Assembly: GCA_047150005.1 (NCBI GenBank)
Contig: AP038806.1
Location: 1,408,001 to 1,472,000 of the forward strand
Source: Nitrospira sp.
GTDB taxonomy: Bacteria > Nitrospirota > Nitrospiria > Nitrospirales > Nitrospiraceae
Direction: 5' to 3'
DNA: 64,000 nt
Position 1 is the stretch's first letter. Each line of letters starts with the position of its first letter. The notes under the pieces are model-generated. The model was not told the DNA's origin, ran no database searches, and was given only the letters and a program-made list of their open reading frames with translations. Below, one piece after another: positions 31,591 through 42,093 of the stretch. The position numbers and the translations under genes are program-made.

Positions 31591-32972
31591 AGCAACCCTA
31601 TTCGCTCGGCAAGGGATTCGGCCGGATACGTGATGATTTCGGCCAGAGTCGGATGATAATGAGGCATGCGGAGCAGGTCGGCGACAGTGCCGTGATAGTA
31701 CATGACTGCAATGAGCTCGTGGATGAGCTCTCCGGCCTCCGGTCCGACGATCTGGGCCCCGATCAATTTCCCGCCGGCCGGGGACGCCACCAGCTTGACG
31801 AATCCGTGATGGTCGCCGCGACACATGGCCTTCCCATGATCGGCAAACGGGTAGGAAGCGGCAAGATAGGGAATTCCTCCCGCGCGGCAGGCTATTTCGC
31901 TCAATCCCACCGTCGCGATCTGTGGTTCCGTAAAAATGACTTCGGTCACCAACCGGCCGTCGAACGATCGCAGCGGTCCCCCCGGCTGAAACGCGTTGAA
32001 GCCGGCCAGCTCACCTTGCTGCACGGCGATGTGCACGATGTCATACAGGTTGGTCACGTCGCCGGCGGCGAAAATGTGAGGCTGTGACGTCCGCATGGTT
32101 TCATCAACTACCACTCGCCCATCGATGACCGTAACCCCCGCTTTGTCCAGGTTCAGTTGGTCGATGTTCGGTCGCCGTCCCAACGCCTGGAGAATGAGCG
32201 CTCCGTCGGCATGCACTTCGCGTCCCCGGTGACGAAAACGCACCCGCTTACTCGAGCCGGATCCTTCGACTCGCTCCAGAGCCGTGCCGGTGAACACCGC
32301 GATACCTTCCTCCAGCAAGGCTTGCTCCAACGCGGATCCGACATCCGCATCAAGGTGTGAGAGCAGATGACCGCTCCGTTGAATGATCGTCACCGTGGTG
32401 CCGATCCGGGCAAAAAACTGACCGAATTCTAGGGCGACCGGGCCACCGCCCAACACCACCATCGACGCGGGCCGATCCCGCAGATCAAGCAAGGCATCGC
32501 TGGTCAGATATCCTGTTTCGTTCAATCCCGGCACCGACACATCGTTCGGCGTCGATCCGGTGGCGATGACGAACGCCTTCGCTTCCACTTCTTGCGACCC
32601 AACTCGTATGCAGTGAGGAGAGAGAAAGGAGGCGGCACCCTGGTAGGGCGTGAACCGCGGGTCGCGAAGCTGCTCGATGCGATAATCGGCGAACTCCCGG
32701 ACCAATCGATCCTTGCGGTCGACGATCTTCTCCAAATCCGCAGTCACCTGCACCGGTGAGAGACCAAACTCCTTGGCCCTCCGCATCAGTCCGGCGATCT
32801 CAGCCGTGCGCAGGATGGTCTTGGTCGGCATGCAGCCTCGCAGGATGCAGAGTCCTCCGAGCGGGCCCTGATCGACGATCGCCACGTGTGCGCCCCGATC
32901 GGCCGCAGTCCGCGCCGCAGCGTAGCCGGCGGATCCTCCGCCGATGATCACGATGTCATGCGAGTTCGCCAT
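31587..32972 (-). CDS. Dihydrolipoamide dehydrogenase-like pyridine nucleotide-disulfide oxidoreductase
   Basis: GGGSAG, GGLCILRGCMPTK redox disulfide, C-terminal HPTLAE. Confidence 0.9.
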   Translation of the reverse strand: MANSHDIVIIGGGSAGYAAARTAADRGAHVAIVDQGPLGGLCILRGCMPTKTILRTAEIAGLMRRAKEFGLSPVQVTADLEKIVDRKDRLVREFADYRIEQLRDPRFTPYQGAASFLSPHCIRVGSQEVEAKAFVIATGSTPNDVSVPGLNETGYLTSDALLDLRDRPASMVVLGGGPVALEFGQFFARIGTTVTIIQRSGHLLSHLDADVGSALEQALLEEGIAVFTGTALERVEGSGSSKRVRFRHRGREVHADGALILQALGRRPNIDQLNLDKAGVTVIDGRVVVDETMRTSQPHIFAAGDVTNLYDIVHIAVQQGELAGFNAFQPGGPLRSFDGRLVTEVIFTEPQIATVGLSEIACRAGGIPYLAASYPFADHGKAMCRGDHHGFVKLVASPAGGKLIGAQIVGPEAGELIHELIAVMYYHGTVADLLRMPHYHPTLAEIITYPAESLAERIGLL

Positions 32973-33021
32973 GCGCCTCCCTACTGGGATAACTGATCCG
33001 GTTGCCGTATAGTACTACACG

Positions 33022-33240
33022 ATGGTTGAGCCGGGCCGCTATCGCCACTACAAGGGGAACGAGTACGAGGTTGTCGGGACAGCCCGACATTCGGAGACCG
33101 AGGAGGAATTTGTGGTGTATCGCGCCCTGTATGGCGCACGGGGCCTGTGGATCAGACCGCGGGCCATGTTTGAAGAGACGGTCATGGTCGAAGGAAAGCA
33201 AGTACCCCGTTTCCAGTTTCTAAAGCATGGTCCATTGTGA
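33022..33240 (+). CDS. DUF1653 protein
   Basis: PGRYRHYKGNEY...HSETEE..VVYRALYG..LWIRP..MF. Confidence 0.9.
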   Translation: MVEPGRYRHYKGNEYEVVGTARHSETEEEFVVYRALYGARGLWIRPRAMFEETVMVEGKQVPRFQFLKHGPL

Positions 33241-33699
33241 GAAGCTGGCCGCTTGCCCCACCCTGACTCCCCGCGCATCCATGATCGTCCACACGCACGC
33301 CCCCTCGACGCGGAACCGGCGGCCGGTCATGGATATTCGCACCCCGCAATAGTCGCTGAAAAAGCCGCGCGAGCGTGCCGTTTCCAACATCCGTTCCCGT
33401 TCGTCCCGATGAACCGGCTCGGCGGTCAGGCGAGACGGGGTTATCACCAACTGTTTCCAGGTCGATTCCCACAAATCCAGCGCCCGGCGATTGCCGTAGT
33501 TCAGAATCGGATCCGCTTCAACTCCGTGGGATACCACCACAAACGGCGCGTCGAACAGCGTGCGCGCTTGGATTTCCGGCGTCCCGGCGCGTTCGATGAG
33601 GTCCCGGCCGATCCAATGCCGATAGCTGTCCAGGAGCCACCCACACCATTGCACCGTCGAAGGCGCCATGCAGCCTGCAGATTCCGCCGCTTCATCCAT
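33220..33699 (-). CDS. MEKHLA (PAS-like) domain protein
   Basis: LLDSYRHWIG, APFVVVSHG, DPILNYGN, PSRLTAE, GVRISMTGRRF, GQAASF. Confidence 0.9.
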   Translation of the reverse strand: MDEAAESAGCMAPSTVQWCGWLLDSYRHWIGRDLIERAGTPEIQARTLFDAPFVVVSHGVEADPILNYGNRRALDLWESTWKQLVITPSRLTAEPVHRDERERMLETARSRGFFSDYCGVRISMTGRRFRVEGACVWTIMDARGVRVGQAASFSQWTML

Positions 33700-33825
33700 A
33701 CGTCACCAAACAGGACCGGACCCACGTCCTTCGGCCCGACATAAACAGGAAGGAAGCACCCTTGTCAATTCCTAGGTCGACCTCTGTATAATGGGCTGCC
33801 CCGACCCGTGTAACGGAGGAAGTGC

Positions 33826-35229
33826 ATGTCCAGACGGACTCTATTTGACAAGATCTGGGATTCCCATGTCGTGCGGCAGGAGCCGGACGGCACGACCCTG
33901 CTCTATATCGATCGCCAATTAGTCCATGAAGTGACCTCACCTCAAGCATTCGAGGGGCTGAAGCTCGCCGGCCGTCGACCCCGCCGACCCGCCGCCACGC
34001 TGGCGGTGCCGGACCACAACGTGCCGACGACGGACCGCCGCCTGGGGATCGCCGATGCGATCAGTGCCAAGCAGATCCGGACGCTGGAGGACAACTGCCG
34101 CGAGTTCGGCATCACGCTGTTCGGCATGGACGATCCGCGGCAGGGCATTGTTCACGTCATCGGTCCCGAGCAGGGATTCACTCTGCCGGGAACGACGATC
34201 GTGTGCGGCGATTCGCATACCTCGACCCACGGCGCGTTCGGCGCCCTGGCCTTCGGCATCGGCACGAGCGAGGTCGAGCACGTGCTTGCCACGCAATGTC
34301 TCGTGCAGAAGCGGCCCAAGACCATGGAAATCCGAGTCGACGGCGTACTGTCTCCCCGCTGTTCGGCTAAAGATGTCATCCTGGCGATCATTGGCAAGAT
34401 CGGGACGGCCGGCGGCACCGGCTACGTGGTGGAATACACCGGGTCGACGATCATGGGCCTGAGCATGGAAGGCAGAATGACGCTGTGCAACATGTCGATC
34501 GAGGGTGGGGCGCGGGCCGGCCTGGTGGCTCCCGACGACAAAACCTTCGCATATCTCAAAGGACGGCCGCTCGCGCCGCAAGGAGATCTTTTCGAGCGGG
34601 CGGTTCAAGCCTGGCGACGGCTCGAGACCGATCCAGGCGCCAGCTACGACGCGACGGTCGCGCTGCAAGCCGAAACCATCGCGCCGCAAGTCAGTTGGGG
34701 AACGAGCCCCGGCATGGTGACCGGCGTGGACGGCCGCGTTCCGGATCCCCGGAGCCTGGCCGACGACAAAGCCAGGCAGGCAGTGGAGCGCGCGCTCGAG
34801 TACATGGGCTTGACGGCGAACATGCCGATCACGGAGATCAAGATCGACAAGGTGTTCATCGGGTCCTGCACCAATTCACGCATCGAGGATCTTCGCGTCG
34901 CCGCAGGATTCGCCAAGGGGAAACGAGTCGCCAAGACCGTGCACGCCATGATCGTTCCCGGATCAGGATTGGTCAAGCAACAGGCTGAGAACGAAGGGCT
35001 CGACAAAGTCTTTCTGGAGGCGGGATTCGAGTGGCGGGAAGCCGGCTGCAGCATGTGCCTGGCGATGAATGCCGACATCCTTCAACCGGGCGAACGCTGC
35101 GCCTCGACGAGCAATCGAAACTTTGAGGGGCGTCAGGGCGCGGGAGGCCGAACCCATCTGGTGTCACCCGCCATGGCGGTCGCCGCCGCGGTCGAAGGGC
35201 ATTTCGTCGATATCCGACATTGGAGATAG
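33826..35229 (+). CDS. leuC: 3-isopropylmalate dehydratase large subunit
   Basis: [49 protein letters not shown] at 33787. Confidence 0.98.
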   Translation: MSRRTLFDKIWDSHVVRQEPDGTTLLYIDRQLVHEVTSPQAFEGLKLAGRRPRRPAATLAVPDHNVPTTDRRLGIADAISAKQIRTLEDNCREFGITLFGMDDPRQGIVHVIGPEQGFTLPGTTIVCGDSHTSTHGAFGALAFGIGTSEVEHVLATQCLVQKRPKTMEIRVDGVLSPRCSAKDVILAIIGKIGTAGGTGYVVEYTGSTIMGLSMEGRMTLCNMSIEGGARAGLVAPDDKTFAYLKGRPLAPQGDLFERAVQAWRRLETDPGASYDATVALQAETIAPQVSWGTSPGMVTGVDGRVPDPRSLADDKARQAVERALEYMGLTANMPITEIKIDKVFIGSCTNSRIEDLRVAAGFAKGKRVAKTVHAMIVPGSGLVKQQAENEGLDKVFLEAGFEWREAGCSMCLAMNADILQPGERCASTSNRNFEGRQGAGGRTHLVSPAMAVAAAVEGHFVDIRHWR

Positions 35230-35239
35230 GCAGGAACGT

Positions 35240-35863
35240 ATGCAAGCATTCACCCAGATGACCGGAATCGTGGCCCCGCTCGATCGTGTGAACGTCGACA
35301 CGGATCAGATCATTCCGAAGCAATTTCTGAAGACCATCAAGCGGACCGGCCTCCGCGAGGGCCTTTTCTACGATTGGCGAAAACGGAAGGACGGATCGCC
35401 GGACCCCGATTTCTTTCTCAATCAGCGCCGCTACCACGATGCGGCGATTCTCCTGACGCGCGACAATTTCGGCTGCGGGTCATCTCGGGAACATGCGCCC
35501 TGGGCTCTACTCGATCAGGGGTTTCGTTGCGTGATCGCCTCCAGCTTCGCCGACATCTTCTACAACAACTGCTTTCAAAACGGCATCCTGCCGGTCGTCC
35601 TGACGTCCGACGACGTCCAATCCCTCATGAAGGACGTCTTGGCCACGGAAGGATATAGGCTCGCCGTGGATCTCGGCCAACAAATGGTCACCGCCCCGAC
35701 CGGAGTGTCGTATCGCTTCGAGATCGATGCATTCAGAAAGGATTGTCTCTATCGGGGCCTTGACGCCATCGGTCTCACCCTGCAACACGAAGCGGCCATC
35801 ACCGCGTATGAAGCCAAGCGAAAAACCGACGCGCCCTGGCTTTTTCTCGATCTCCCTTCCTAG
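35240..35863 (+). CDS. leuD: 3-isopropylmalate dehydratase small subunit
   Basis: [34 protein letters not shown]. Confidence 0.98.
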   Translation: MQAFTQMTGIVAPLDRVNVDTDQIIPKQFLKTIKRTGLREGLFYDWRKRKDGSPDPDFFLNQRRYHDAAILLTRDNFGCGSSREHAPWALLDQGFRCVIASSFADIFYNNCFQNGILPVVLTSDDVQSLMKDVLATEGYRLAVDLGQQMVTAPTGVSYRFEIDAFRKDCLYRGLDAIGLTLQHEAAITAYEAKRKTDAPWLFLDLPS

Positions 35864-35878
35864 TCGAGGAGGTTTCTC

Positions 35879-36238
35879 GTGAGGTGGCTCTGGCGACCGC
35901 GACTGCTGTTCACCGTGCTGTTCTTTTTCGGCGCGGCGTACATGCTGGTGGCCCTGAACTACAGCTATTCGGACGGCAATAGAGCCGGCTACATCCAAAA
36001 ACTGTCGACCAAGGGCTGGGTGTGCAAGACCACGGAGGGAGAATTGGCCATGACGACGGTGCCGGGCGTGGCCCCCGTCCTTTGGGAATTCAGCGTGTGG
36101 GACGAGAACGTCGCGGCGCAGTTGGTGCAGTTGATGGGAAAGAGACTGGTGTTGCACTACAAGGAGTATCGCTATCTTCCCACTACGTGTTTCGGGGAGA
36201 CGCCGTACTTTGTGGATCGCGTCGAGGTACAGGAATAG
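35879..36238 (+). CDS. Membrane-anchored hypothetical protein
   Basis: GAGGAGG RBS, N-terminal TM helix, YSDGNRAG..QKLS.KG..CKT.EGEL pattern. Confidence 0.8.
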   Translation: MRWLWRPRLLFTVLFFFGAAYMLVALNYSYSDGNRAGYIQKLSTKGWVCKTTEGELAMTTVPGVAPVLWEFSVWDENVAAQLVQLMGKRLVLHYKEYRYLPTTCFGETPYFVDRVEVQE

Positions 36239-36245
36239 CGCCCGC

Positions 36246-37301
36246 TTACAGCCATCTTTTCTTCCTGAACAGCACGAGCATCGCGATGCCGACCACGGCC
36301 ATGACTCCCAAGACGAGGGGATAGCCCCATTCCGCCCGAAGCTCGGGCATGTGCTCGAAATTCATCCCGTAGATGCTCGCGATGAAGCTCAGCGGCATGA
36401 AGATCGTCGTGATCACGGTCAACATCCGCATGACGCTGTTCAGACGGTAGCTGACGCTGGAGAGATAGATGTCGAGACTGGCCGAGACCATTTCGCGCAA
36501 GGTTTCGATCGTATCCACGATCTGCACCACATGATCGTACACGTCACGGAGAAAGACTTTGGTCGGTTGCTGGAGAAAGGGGCAATCCGACCGCGACAGA
36601 TTGTTCATCACGTCTCGCAATGGCCAGACGGCGCGGCGCAGAAAGAGCAATTGACGCTTGAGCGCGTGAATGTCACGGAGCGTCTCCGGCTGCGGATCGG
36701 CCACCACCAGTTGCTGCAAGGACTCGATCTTTTCGCCGACCACCTCCAACACAGCAAAGTACTGGTCCACGATCGCGTCGATCAGCGCATGACAGAGATA
36801 GTCCGCGCCGGACTGCCGTAGGCGGCCTTTTCCGCCGCGCAGCCTCTCGCGTACCGGCTGGAATGCATCGGTTCCGTTTTCCTGAAACGACAAAACGTAG
36901 TTCCGCCCCAGGACCAGACTGACCTGCTCGACCATCACGTTCTGGGTCTCGGTCAGGGTCAACATCTTCGTCACGAGAAAGAAATAGGTCTCGTAGTCGT
37001 CCAGCTTGGGACGCTGGTCGGTGTTGGCGATATCTTCCAGCAGGAGTGCGTGGAGACCGAACTGTTTGCCGAACGTTTCCAACACATCCATACGGTGCAC
37101 TCCGCTGACGTTGATCCACACGACCGATTCGTCGGTCGGCGGCGCGAGCGTGGCCGGGTCATCCACGTGCCGTTCCTCGCAGTATCCGCCGGCATAGTGA
37201 AAGGCCGTGATGGTGACGGTCTCGGACTTCTTCTCGCCGATGTGAACGATGGTTCCCGGCGGAAGTCCGGTCTTCTTCGAACGCTTTTGGACCAGTTTCA
37301 T
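36246..37301 (-). CDS. corA: Magnesium/cobalt transporter CorA
   Basis: GLPPGT N-terminus, QRPKL, YGMNF signature, MPEL, two C-terminal TM helices. Confidence 0.96.
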   Translation of the reverse strand: MKLVQKRSKKTGLPPGTIVHIGEKKSETVTITAFHYAGGYCEERHVDDPATLAPPTDESVVWINVSGVHRMDVLETFGKQFGLHALLLEDIANTDQRPKLDDYETYFFLVTKMLTLTETQNVMVEQVSLVLGRNYVLSFQENGTDAFQPVRERLRGGKGRLRQSGADYLCHALIDAIVDQYFAVLEVVGEKIESLQQLVVADPQPETLRDIHALKRQLLFLRRAVWPLRDVMNNLSRSDCPFLQQPTKVFLRDVYDHVVQIVDTIETLREMVSASLDIYLSSVSYRLNSVMRMLTVITTIFMPLSFIASIYGMNFEHMPELRAEWGYPLVLGVMAVVGIAMLVLFRKKRWL

Positions 37302-37497
37302 GGGTGACCTGACGGGCCGTGGGAGCAAACCGTTCCGACATGTGCGGCAGGACCCGCCAGGAGAGAGCCTGTCGGTTGATCGGCCACTCTCCACGCCGAC
37401 GCCATGCCGCCCCGTCTCCGCCCTCCGATACGGTGCCCTCGTGCGCGGGCCACGAATGTGGAAGATCTTCTCGGGAGCTTGCAGCGGATCCGCTCTG

Positions 37498-37526
37498 CTT
37501 GTACGCAGGTTTTTGCAGTGGGTCAA
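37498..37526 (-). promoter_or_regulatory. Sigma70-type promoter of corA
   Basis: TTGACC-17 bp-TACAAG on the minus strand, implying a leader of about 190 nt. Confidence 0.5.
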
Positions 37527-37623
37527 GTGGCGTGCCGTACGAGGTTTGCGACTTTCCCCTTTGACCGCCATGCGAGACCTGATAGGCTGAGATATACGGG
37601 GTCCGAAGGTCAGTATTCAGTAT

Positions 37624-38421
37624 ATGGATCGAGAACTCAACCTGCTGGTCGAATCCGTGCGCGAAGCCGGGGTCAGGGCGCTGGAATTGTCGCGCATCGG
37701 TTTTGACGTGCAGACCAAGAGGGATCGATCTCCGGTGACGACCGCCGATCTCGAAGTCAATCGAATACTTCACGAGATGCAGCAGAAGCACTTTCCAGAA
37801 GACGGGTGGCTGTCGGAGGAATCTCCGGACGATCCGGCGCGACTGGGGCGCGCCCGGGTCTGGATCGTCGATCCCATCGACGGAACCAGGGCCTTCATCA
37901 AGAAACTGCCGGAGTTCTGCATCTCCGCCGCACTGGTCGAGAACGGCCGGCCCCTTGCGGCGGTCATTTTCAATCCCTCGACCGACGAGCTGTTCTCCGC
38001 CGTTCGAGGCGGCGGCCTCCGGGTCAACGGCAAGCCGGTCTCCAGGCCGACCACGACGGACCCTCCGCTCGTGATGGTCAGTCCGGGAGAGTTTCGCGGC
38101 GGCCGTTGGACCGGATTGGGTGAAGGCGTCAGAACCAGCCCCTTCCATTCCATCGCCCATGCCCTGACCCTCGTCGCGACCGACCGAGCCCAAGCCGCAG
38201 TCACGGCCGAGAAGGAAAACGAATGGGATCTCGCGGCCGGAGTTCTGCTGATCGAAGAGGCGGGCGGCATGGTCGAAGACGCCGATTGCAGTTCCCTGAA
38301 ATTCAATCAGCCCGTTCCTCAATTCACAGGCTTGCTCGCCCTGGCAGGAATGCCCGAACCTCACCTGCAGCCGCTCCTGCGAAGCCACGTCGCTCGAACC
38401 GGCAAACAGGCGCCGCGATGA
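37624..38421 (+). CDS. Inositol monophosphatase/CysQ-family phosphatase
   Basis: SPVTTAD, LSEE, WIVDPIDGT, EWDLAAG. Confidence 0.92.
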   Translation: MDRELNLLVESVREAGVRALELSRIGFDVQTKRDRSPVTTADLEVNRILHEMQQKHFPEDGWLSEESPDDPARLGRARVWIVDPIDGTRAFIKKLPEFCISAALVENGRPLAAVIFNPSTDELFSAVRGGGLRVNGKPVSRPTTTDPPLVMVSPGEFRGGRWTGLGEGVRTSPFHSIAHALTLVATDRAQAAVTAEKENEWDLAAGVLLIEEAGGMVEDADCSSLKFNQPVPQFTGLLALAGMPEPHLQPLLRSHVARTGKQAPR

Positions 38422-39308
38422 CGCAGCCCGAAACAGTCGCCCTCCTCGGCACCGGCCTGCTGGGAGGCGCCATCGCCGAGCGGTTGCACCACGGCGGCCT
38501 GTCCATCATCGCGTATAACAGAACAGCCTCCAAGACTCGTGTCCTGCGCTCGAAGGGAATCGCTATCGCGGAGCATCCCGAGGATGCCATTGCACAGGCC
38601 GACGGGATCATCCTGGTCCTGACCGATGCAGCAGCGATCCGGTCGATGCTGCTGAGTCCGCTCTCGTCGCGACGCCTGTCCGGCAAGACGGTGATTCAGA
38701 TGGGGACGATCGGCCCCGATGAGAGTCGGGTGCTGCAGCGAGACTTCGGTGATCTCGGCGCGGAATATTGCGAAGCTCCCGTGCTCGGAAGTCTGACCGA
38801 GGCGAAGGCCGGAACACTCTTGGTCATGGTCGGAGCCACCGCCGAGCAGTTTGAGGAGTGGCGCTCCATCTGGAACGCCTTGAGCAGGCACCCGCGCTTA
38901 GTCGGCCCGGTGGGCCGCGCCGCGGCGCTGAAGCTTGCCCTCAACCAGCTCATCGCGGCACAGATGGCGGCCTTTTCCCTGAGCCTCGGTGCGGTTCAGC
39001 GATTCGGCATCGACCCCGACACATTCATGGCGGTCCTTCGCGAGAGCGCGCTGTTTGCTCCTGCCTTCGATAAGAAACTTCCACGTCTCCTCAGCCGGCA
39101 GTACGACCAGCCAAATTTTTCAGTGGCACATCTGCTGAAAGATCTTCGTCTGTTCGGTCGCCTTGCAGACGGCCTGCACCTTCGGTCCGAGTCAGCGGAC
39201 GCTGTCGGGACCCTTCTTGAGGCAACCATCGCGACTGGTCTGCAAGACGCGGACTATTCCGCGTTGTTCGAAGTCGTCAACCCGCCCGGCACGAGTGGGA
39301 CCCAATAG
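38418..39308 (+). CDS. 3-hydroxyisobutyrate/6PGD-like NAD(P)-dependent dehydrogenase
   Basis: GTGLLG, YNRT, EAPVLGS, ALKLALNQ, KDL; ATGA overlap. Confidence 0.9.
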   Translation: MTQPETVALLGTGLLGGAIAERLHHGGLSIIAYNRTASKTRVLRSKGIAIAEHPEDAIAQADGIILVLTDAAAIRSMLLSPLSSRRLSGKTVIQMGTIGPDESRVLQRDFGDLGAEYCEAPVLGSLTEAKAGTLLVMVGATAEQFEEWRSIWNALSRHPRLVGPVGRAAALKLALNQLIAAQMAAFSLSLGAVQRFGIDPDTFMAVLRESALFAPAFDKKLPRLLSRQYDQPNFSVAHLLKDLRLFGRLADGLHLRSESADAVGTLLEATIATGLQDADYSALFEVVNPPGTSGTQ

Positions 39309-39426
39309 ATCCGCCCAGGAAATCCGCCACGGACCCGTCGGCACTTCGCAAATTCCTTGTAGATCACCGGGAATCTTTTATACTGGGAATGGTCGAACTC
39401 AATAACAAAATCATAGCGATCCATAC

Positions 39427-41190
39427 GTGCGTACCGCTGTACACAAGCCGAGCAGAGCACCGATCAATCCCGAGGCCTTCGACTCTCTGGTGACCGACGG
39501 ATTCATTCGCCAGGCGGACTTGGTCAAAGCATTTCAGACCGCGTTAGCCGGCACCGCTGAGTTGGAATCGCTCCTGCTGGATAAGTATCACGTTCCGAAG
39601 GCTGACCTCGGCAAGGCGCTCAGCACGTTCTTTGGCTGTCCGTACGTGCCGTTCGATGAGCGATCGGTCGCCGATCCGAGCCTGCTCAAGGATCTCAGCT
39701 ACGACTATCTGAAGAAGTATCACTGGATTCCATTCCGGCGTTATGAACAGGTGATCGATGTCCTGATCGACAACCCCCATGACCTGGAGAAGGGCCACGA
39801 CATCCGCCGCGCGTTCCCGGGCCTCACTATCCGGTTCTCGGTCAGTCTCCAGCGCGATATCCAGCGGTATCTCCAGCTGGCCAGCGGCGACGGCGATATG
39901 GGTTCGATCAGCGACACGCTGGGGGAGTTGCGGTCGGAAGCGCGCTCGGAACGGGATGCCGACGAAGAAGGGGATTCCATCGACGAGAACAATTCCGCGA
40001 TCGTCCGGCTCGCCAATCAGATCATCGTCGAGGCTTACCGCAAAGAAGCGTCCGACATTCACGTCGAGCCTTACTCGGATCGCAAGGAAACCGCGGTTCG
40101 CTTTCGTGTGGACGGCACGTGTGCAACCTACATGCGGGTGCCGGCCGCCTACCGCCGGGCGCTGGTTTCACGCATGAAGATCATGGCGAGTCTGGATATC
40201 GCAGAGCGCCGGAAACCGCAGGACGGCAAGATCCGCTTCAAGCTCGGTGACGAGCGCTTGATTGAGTTGCGCGTGGCGACGTTGCCGACGGCGGGCGGCA
40301 ATGAAGACGTGGCTCTCCGCATTCTCAGTGCCAAGGAGCCGCTGCCCCTCGAAGCGATGGAATTCTCCCCGCGCGAATTGGCCATTCTGCTCGAGCTGGC
40401 CGACAAACCTCACGGGCTCATCCTGTGCGTCGGGCCGACCGGGTCCGGGAAGACTACCACGCTGCACGCCATACTCCGGCACCTCAATACGGACGAACGC
40501 AAGATCTGGACGGCGGAAGATCCGATCGAGATCACGCAAGAAGGGTTGCGGCAAGTCCAGGTCCACCCGCGCATCGGTTTCACGTTCGCATCCGCGATGC
40601 GATCGTTCCTCCGCGCGGATCCTGACGTCATCATGATCGGCGAGATGCGCGACAAGGAGACCGCCGAGGTCGCGATCGAGGCTTCCTTGACCGGACATTT
40701 GGTGCTCAGTACGTTGCACACCAACAGTGCCGTCGAAACCGTATCGCGGCTGCTGGATATGGGATGCGATTCCTTTAATTTTGCCGACTCCATGCTGTGC
40801 GTGATCGCCAAGCGTTTGTGCAAGCGGCTCTGCACAGCCTGCAAACAGTCGTATCATCCCTCCAGGCAGGAGTACGACGAACTCGCCGCCGCGTATGGGA
40901 CGGAGGCCTGGGAACGACTGGGCATTCCGTACGACGAAGCGTTCCTGTTGAACAGGAACCAGGGATGCGAAGCCTGTCATCATACGGGATTCAAGGGAAG
41001 AGTGCCGCTGCACGAAATGTTCTGCAACTCCGACGAGCTGAAGAACATGATTCAGAGCCGCGCCAGAACCTCGGACATGCAGCGGGCCGCCACGCAGGCA
41101 GGCATGACCACGTTGATGCAGGATGGGATACGGAAAGTGCTCGGCGGCGTGACGACGTTCAAGCAGGTACGAACCGTTGCGATGAAATGA
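39427..41190 (+). CDS. GspE/PilB-family secretion/pilus ATPase
   Basis: ASDIHVEP, PQDG, GPTGSGKTTTL, EDPIE, LRADPD, STLHTN, CxxC...CxxC. Confidence 0.93.
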   Translation: MRTAVHKPSRAPINPEAFDSLVTDGFIRQADLVKAFQTALAGTAELESLLLDKYHVPKADLGKALSTFFGCPYVPFDERSVADPSLLKDLSYDYLKKYHWIPFRRYEQVIDVLIDNPHDLEKGHDIRRAFPGLTIRFSVSLQRDIQRYLQLASGDGDMGSISDTLGELRSEARSERDADEEGDSIDENNSAIVRLANQIIVEAYRKEASDIHVEPYSDRKETAVRFRVDGTCATYMRVPAAYRRALVSRMKIMASLDIAERRKPQDGKIRFKLGDERLIELRVATLPTAGGNEDVALRILSAKEPLPLEAMEFSPRELAILLELADKPHGLILCVGPTGSGKTTTLHAILRHLNTDERKIWTAEDPIEITQEGLRQVQVHPRIGFTFASAMRSFLRADPDVIMIGEMRDKETAEVAIEASLTGHLVLSTLHTNSAVETVSRLLDMGCDSFNFADSMLCVIAKRLCKRLCTACKQSYHPSRQEYDELAAAYGTEAWERLGIPYDEAFLLNRNQGCEACHHTGFKGRVPLHEMFCNSDELKNMIQSRARTSDMQRAATQAGMTTLMQDGIRKVLGGVTTFKQVRTVAMK

Positions 41191-41221
41191 TCCGATCAGG
41201 CCGAGCGGAAGCAAAGAGCGT

Positions 41222-41542
41222 TCAGAATCCCGGCGACTGCTCCAGCATGTTCATGAAGTGCTTCAGCCGCTCCCGTTCTTCAGGCCCGACTTTGATATAC
41301 TCCAATCCAAACTGACTTTTCGAAGCCCAGCGAACCGCCGCCAGACTCACCTTGACCGGCGGTTCCCCTTCACGCAAGTGCATATCGAGGCGCAGATACG
41401 TCGCCGTGTCCGGTGTCCGACTGGCCGTGATCATGCAGCCGTCATGAGAGATGTTCAGAATGGTCCCGCCGGCGTCGGCGGTGTCGTCCGTGAAACGAAT
41501 GGGGAGCTGCACCGCAAACCGGGGTGACTTCCTTTGTATCAC
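41222..41542 (-). CDS. PilZ domain protein
   Basis: RKSPR, NISHDG, VRW...FGLEY. Confidence 0.88.
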   Translation of the reverse strand: MIQRKSPRFAVQLPIRFTDDTADAGGTILNISHDGCMITASRTPDTATYLRLDMHLREGEPPVKVSLAAVRWASKSQFGLEYIKVGPEERERLKHFMNMLEQSPGF

Positions 41543-41584
41543 CGACCTTGGCCTTTCATCGCCGGCAGCCTCCGAACAGGAGGG

Positions 41585-42043
41585 TCACTGAGGAATTTCG
41601 CCACGGGAAGCCGACTGGTTCTTTCTGGTCACGTGGAAGGTTCCCCCTTTCTGCGAAGGGGTGCGGTCCTGGCCGATCCGCGTGTACCACCAGCGCCCCT
41701 CCCCTTCCGAGAAATCGGACGAGAACTCCACTTGAAACCCGCCTTCCCGATCATTCTCGCGTTGCGACCACAGTCCTTCCCAGATCCGCCCCCTCAAAGC
41801 CGTGGTGGCAAACTGTCCGTCCTTCCAGGCATAGGTGCCGTTTCCCTGCTCATCGAGCCGGAGTGTGACGACCGCGCCTTCCTCGTACTCCCATTCCCCG
41901 GCCAAAACGCGGCGGTCTTCGAAGGAATCAGAAAGGACGCTTGCGGGCTCGGGGACTTGGTCCTTGAGCACCGGTTTCGCGCACCCGACTCCGCCCCACA
42001 ACAGCAGGCCTACGAGCAGCGTTCGACAGATGGACCCTTGCAT
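41585..42043 (-). CDS. Hypothetical beta-rich lipoprotein
   Basis: Lipobox GVGC and LAGEWEY; start uncertain. Confidence 0.65.
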   Translation of the reverse strand: MQGSICRTLLVGLLLWGGVGCAKPVLKDQVPEPASVLSDSFEDRRVLAGEWEYEEGAVVTLRLDEQGNGTYAWKDGQFATTALRGRIWEGLWSQRENDREGGFQVEFSSDFSEGEGRWWYTRIGQDRTPSQKGGTFHVTRKNQSASRGEIPQ

Positions 42044-42093
42044 ATGTATTGGTTGTATCATCGCCTTGTGATGGCGGCAAGTGTGCGCGATGA

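Noticed and set aside
31587..32972. Mercuric reductase MerA
   Set aside because: No N-terminal HMA domain, no C-terminal Cys-Cys pair and no mer genes nearby; it ends in an HPTLAE Lpd-type motif.
37302..37571. 90-aa N-terminal extension of CorA in the ORF track
   Set aside because: It does not look protein-like, the homologous N-terminus begins at MKLVQKRS..GLPPGT, and a promoter-like element lies inside the extension.
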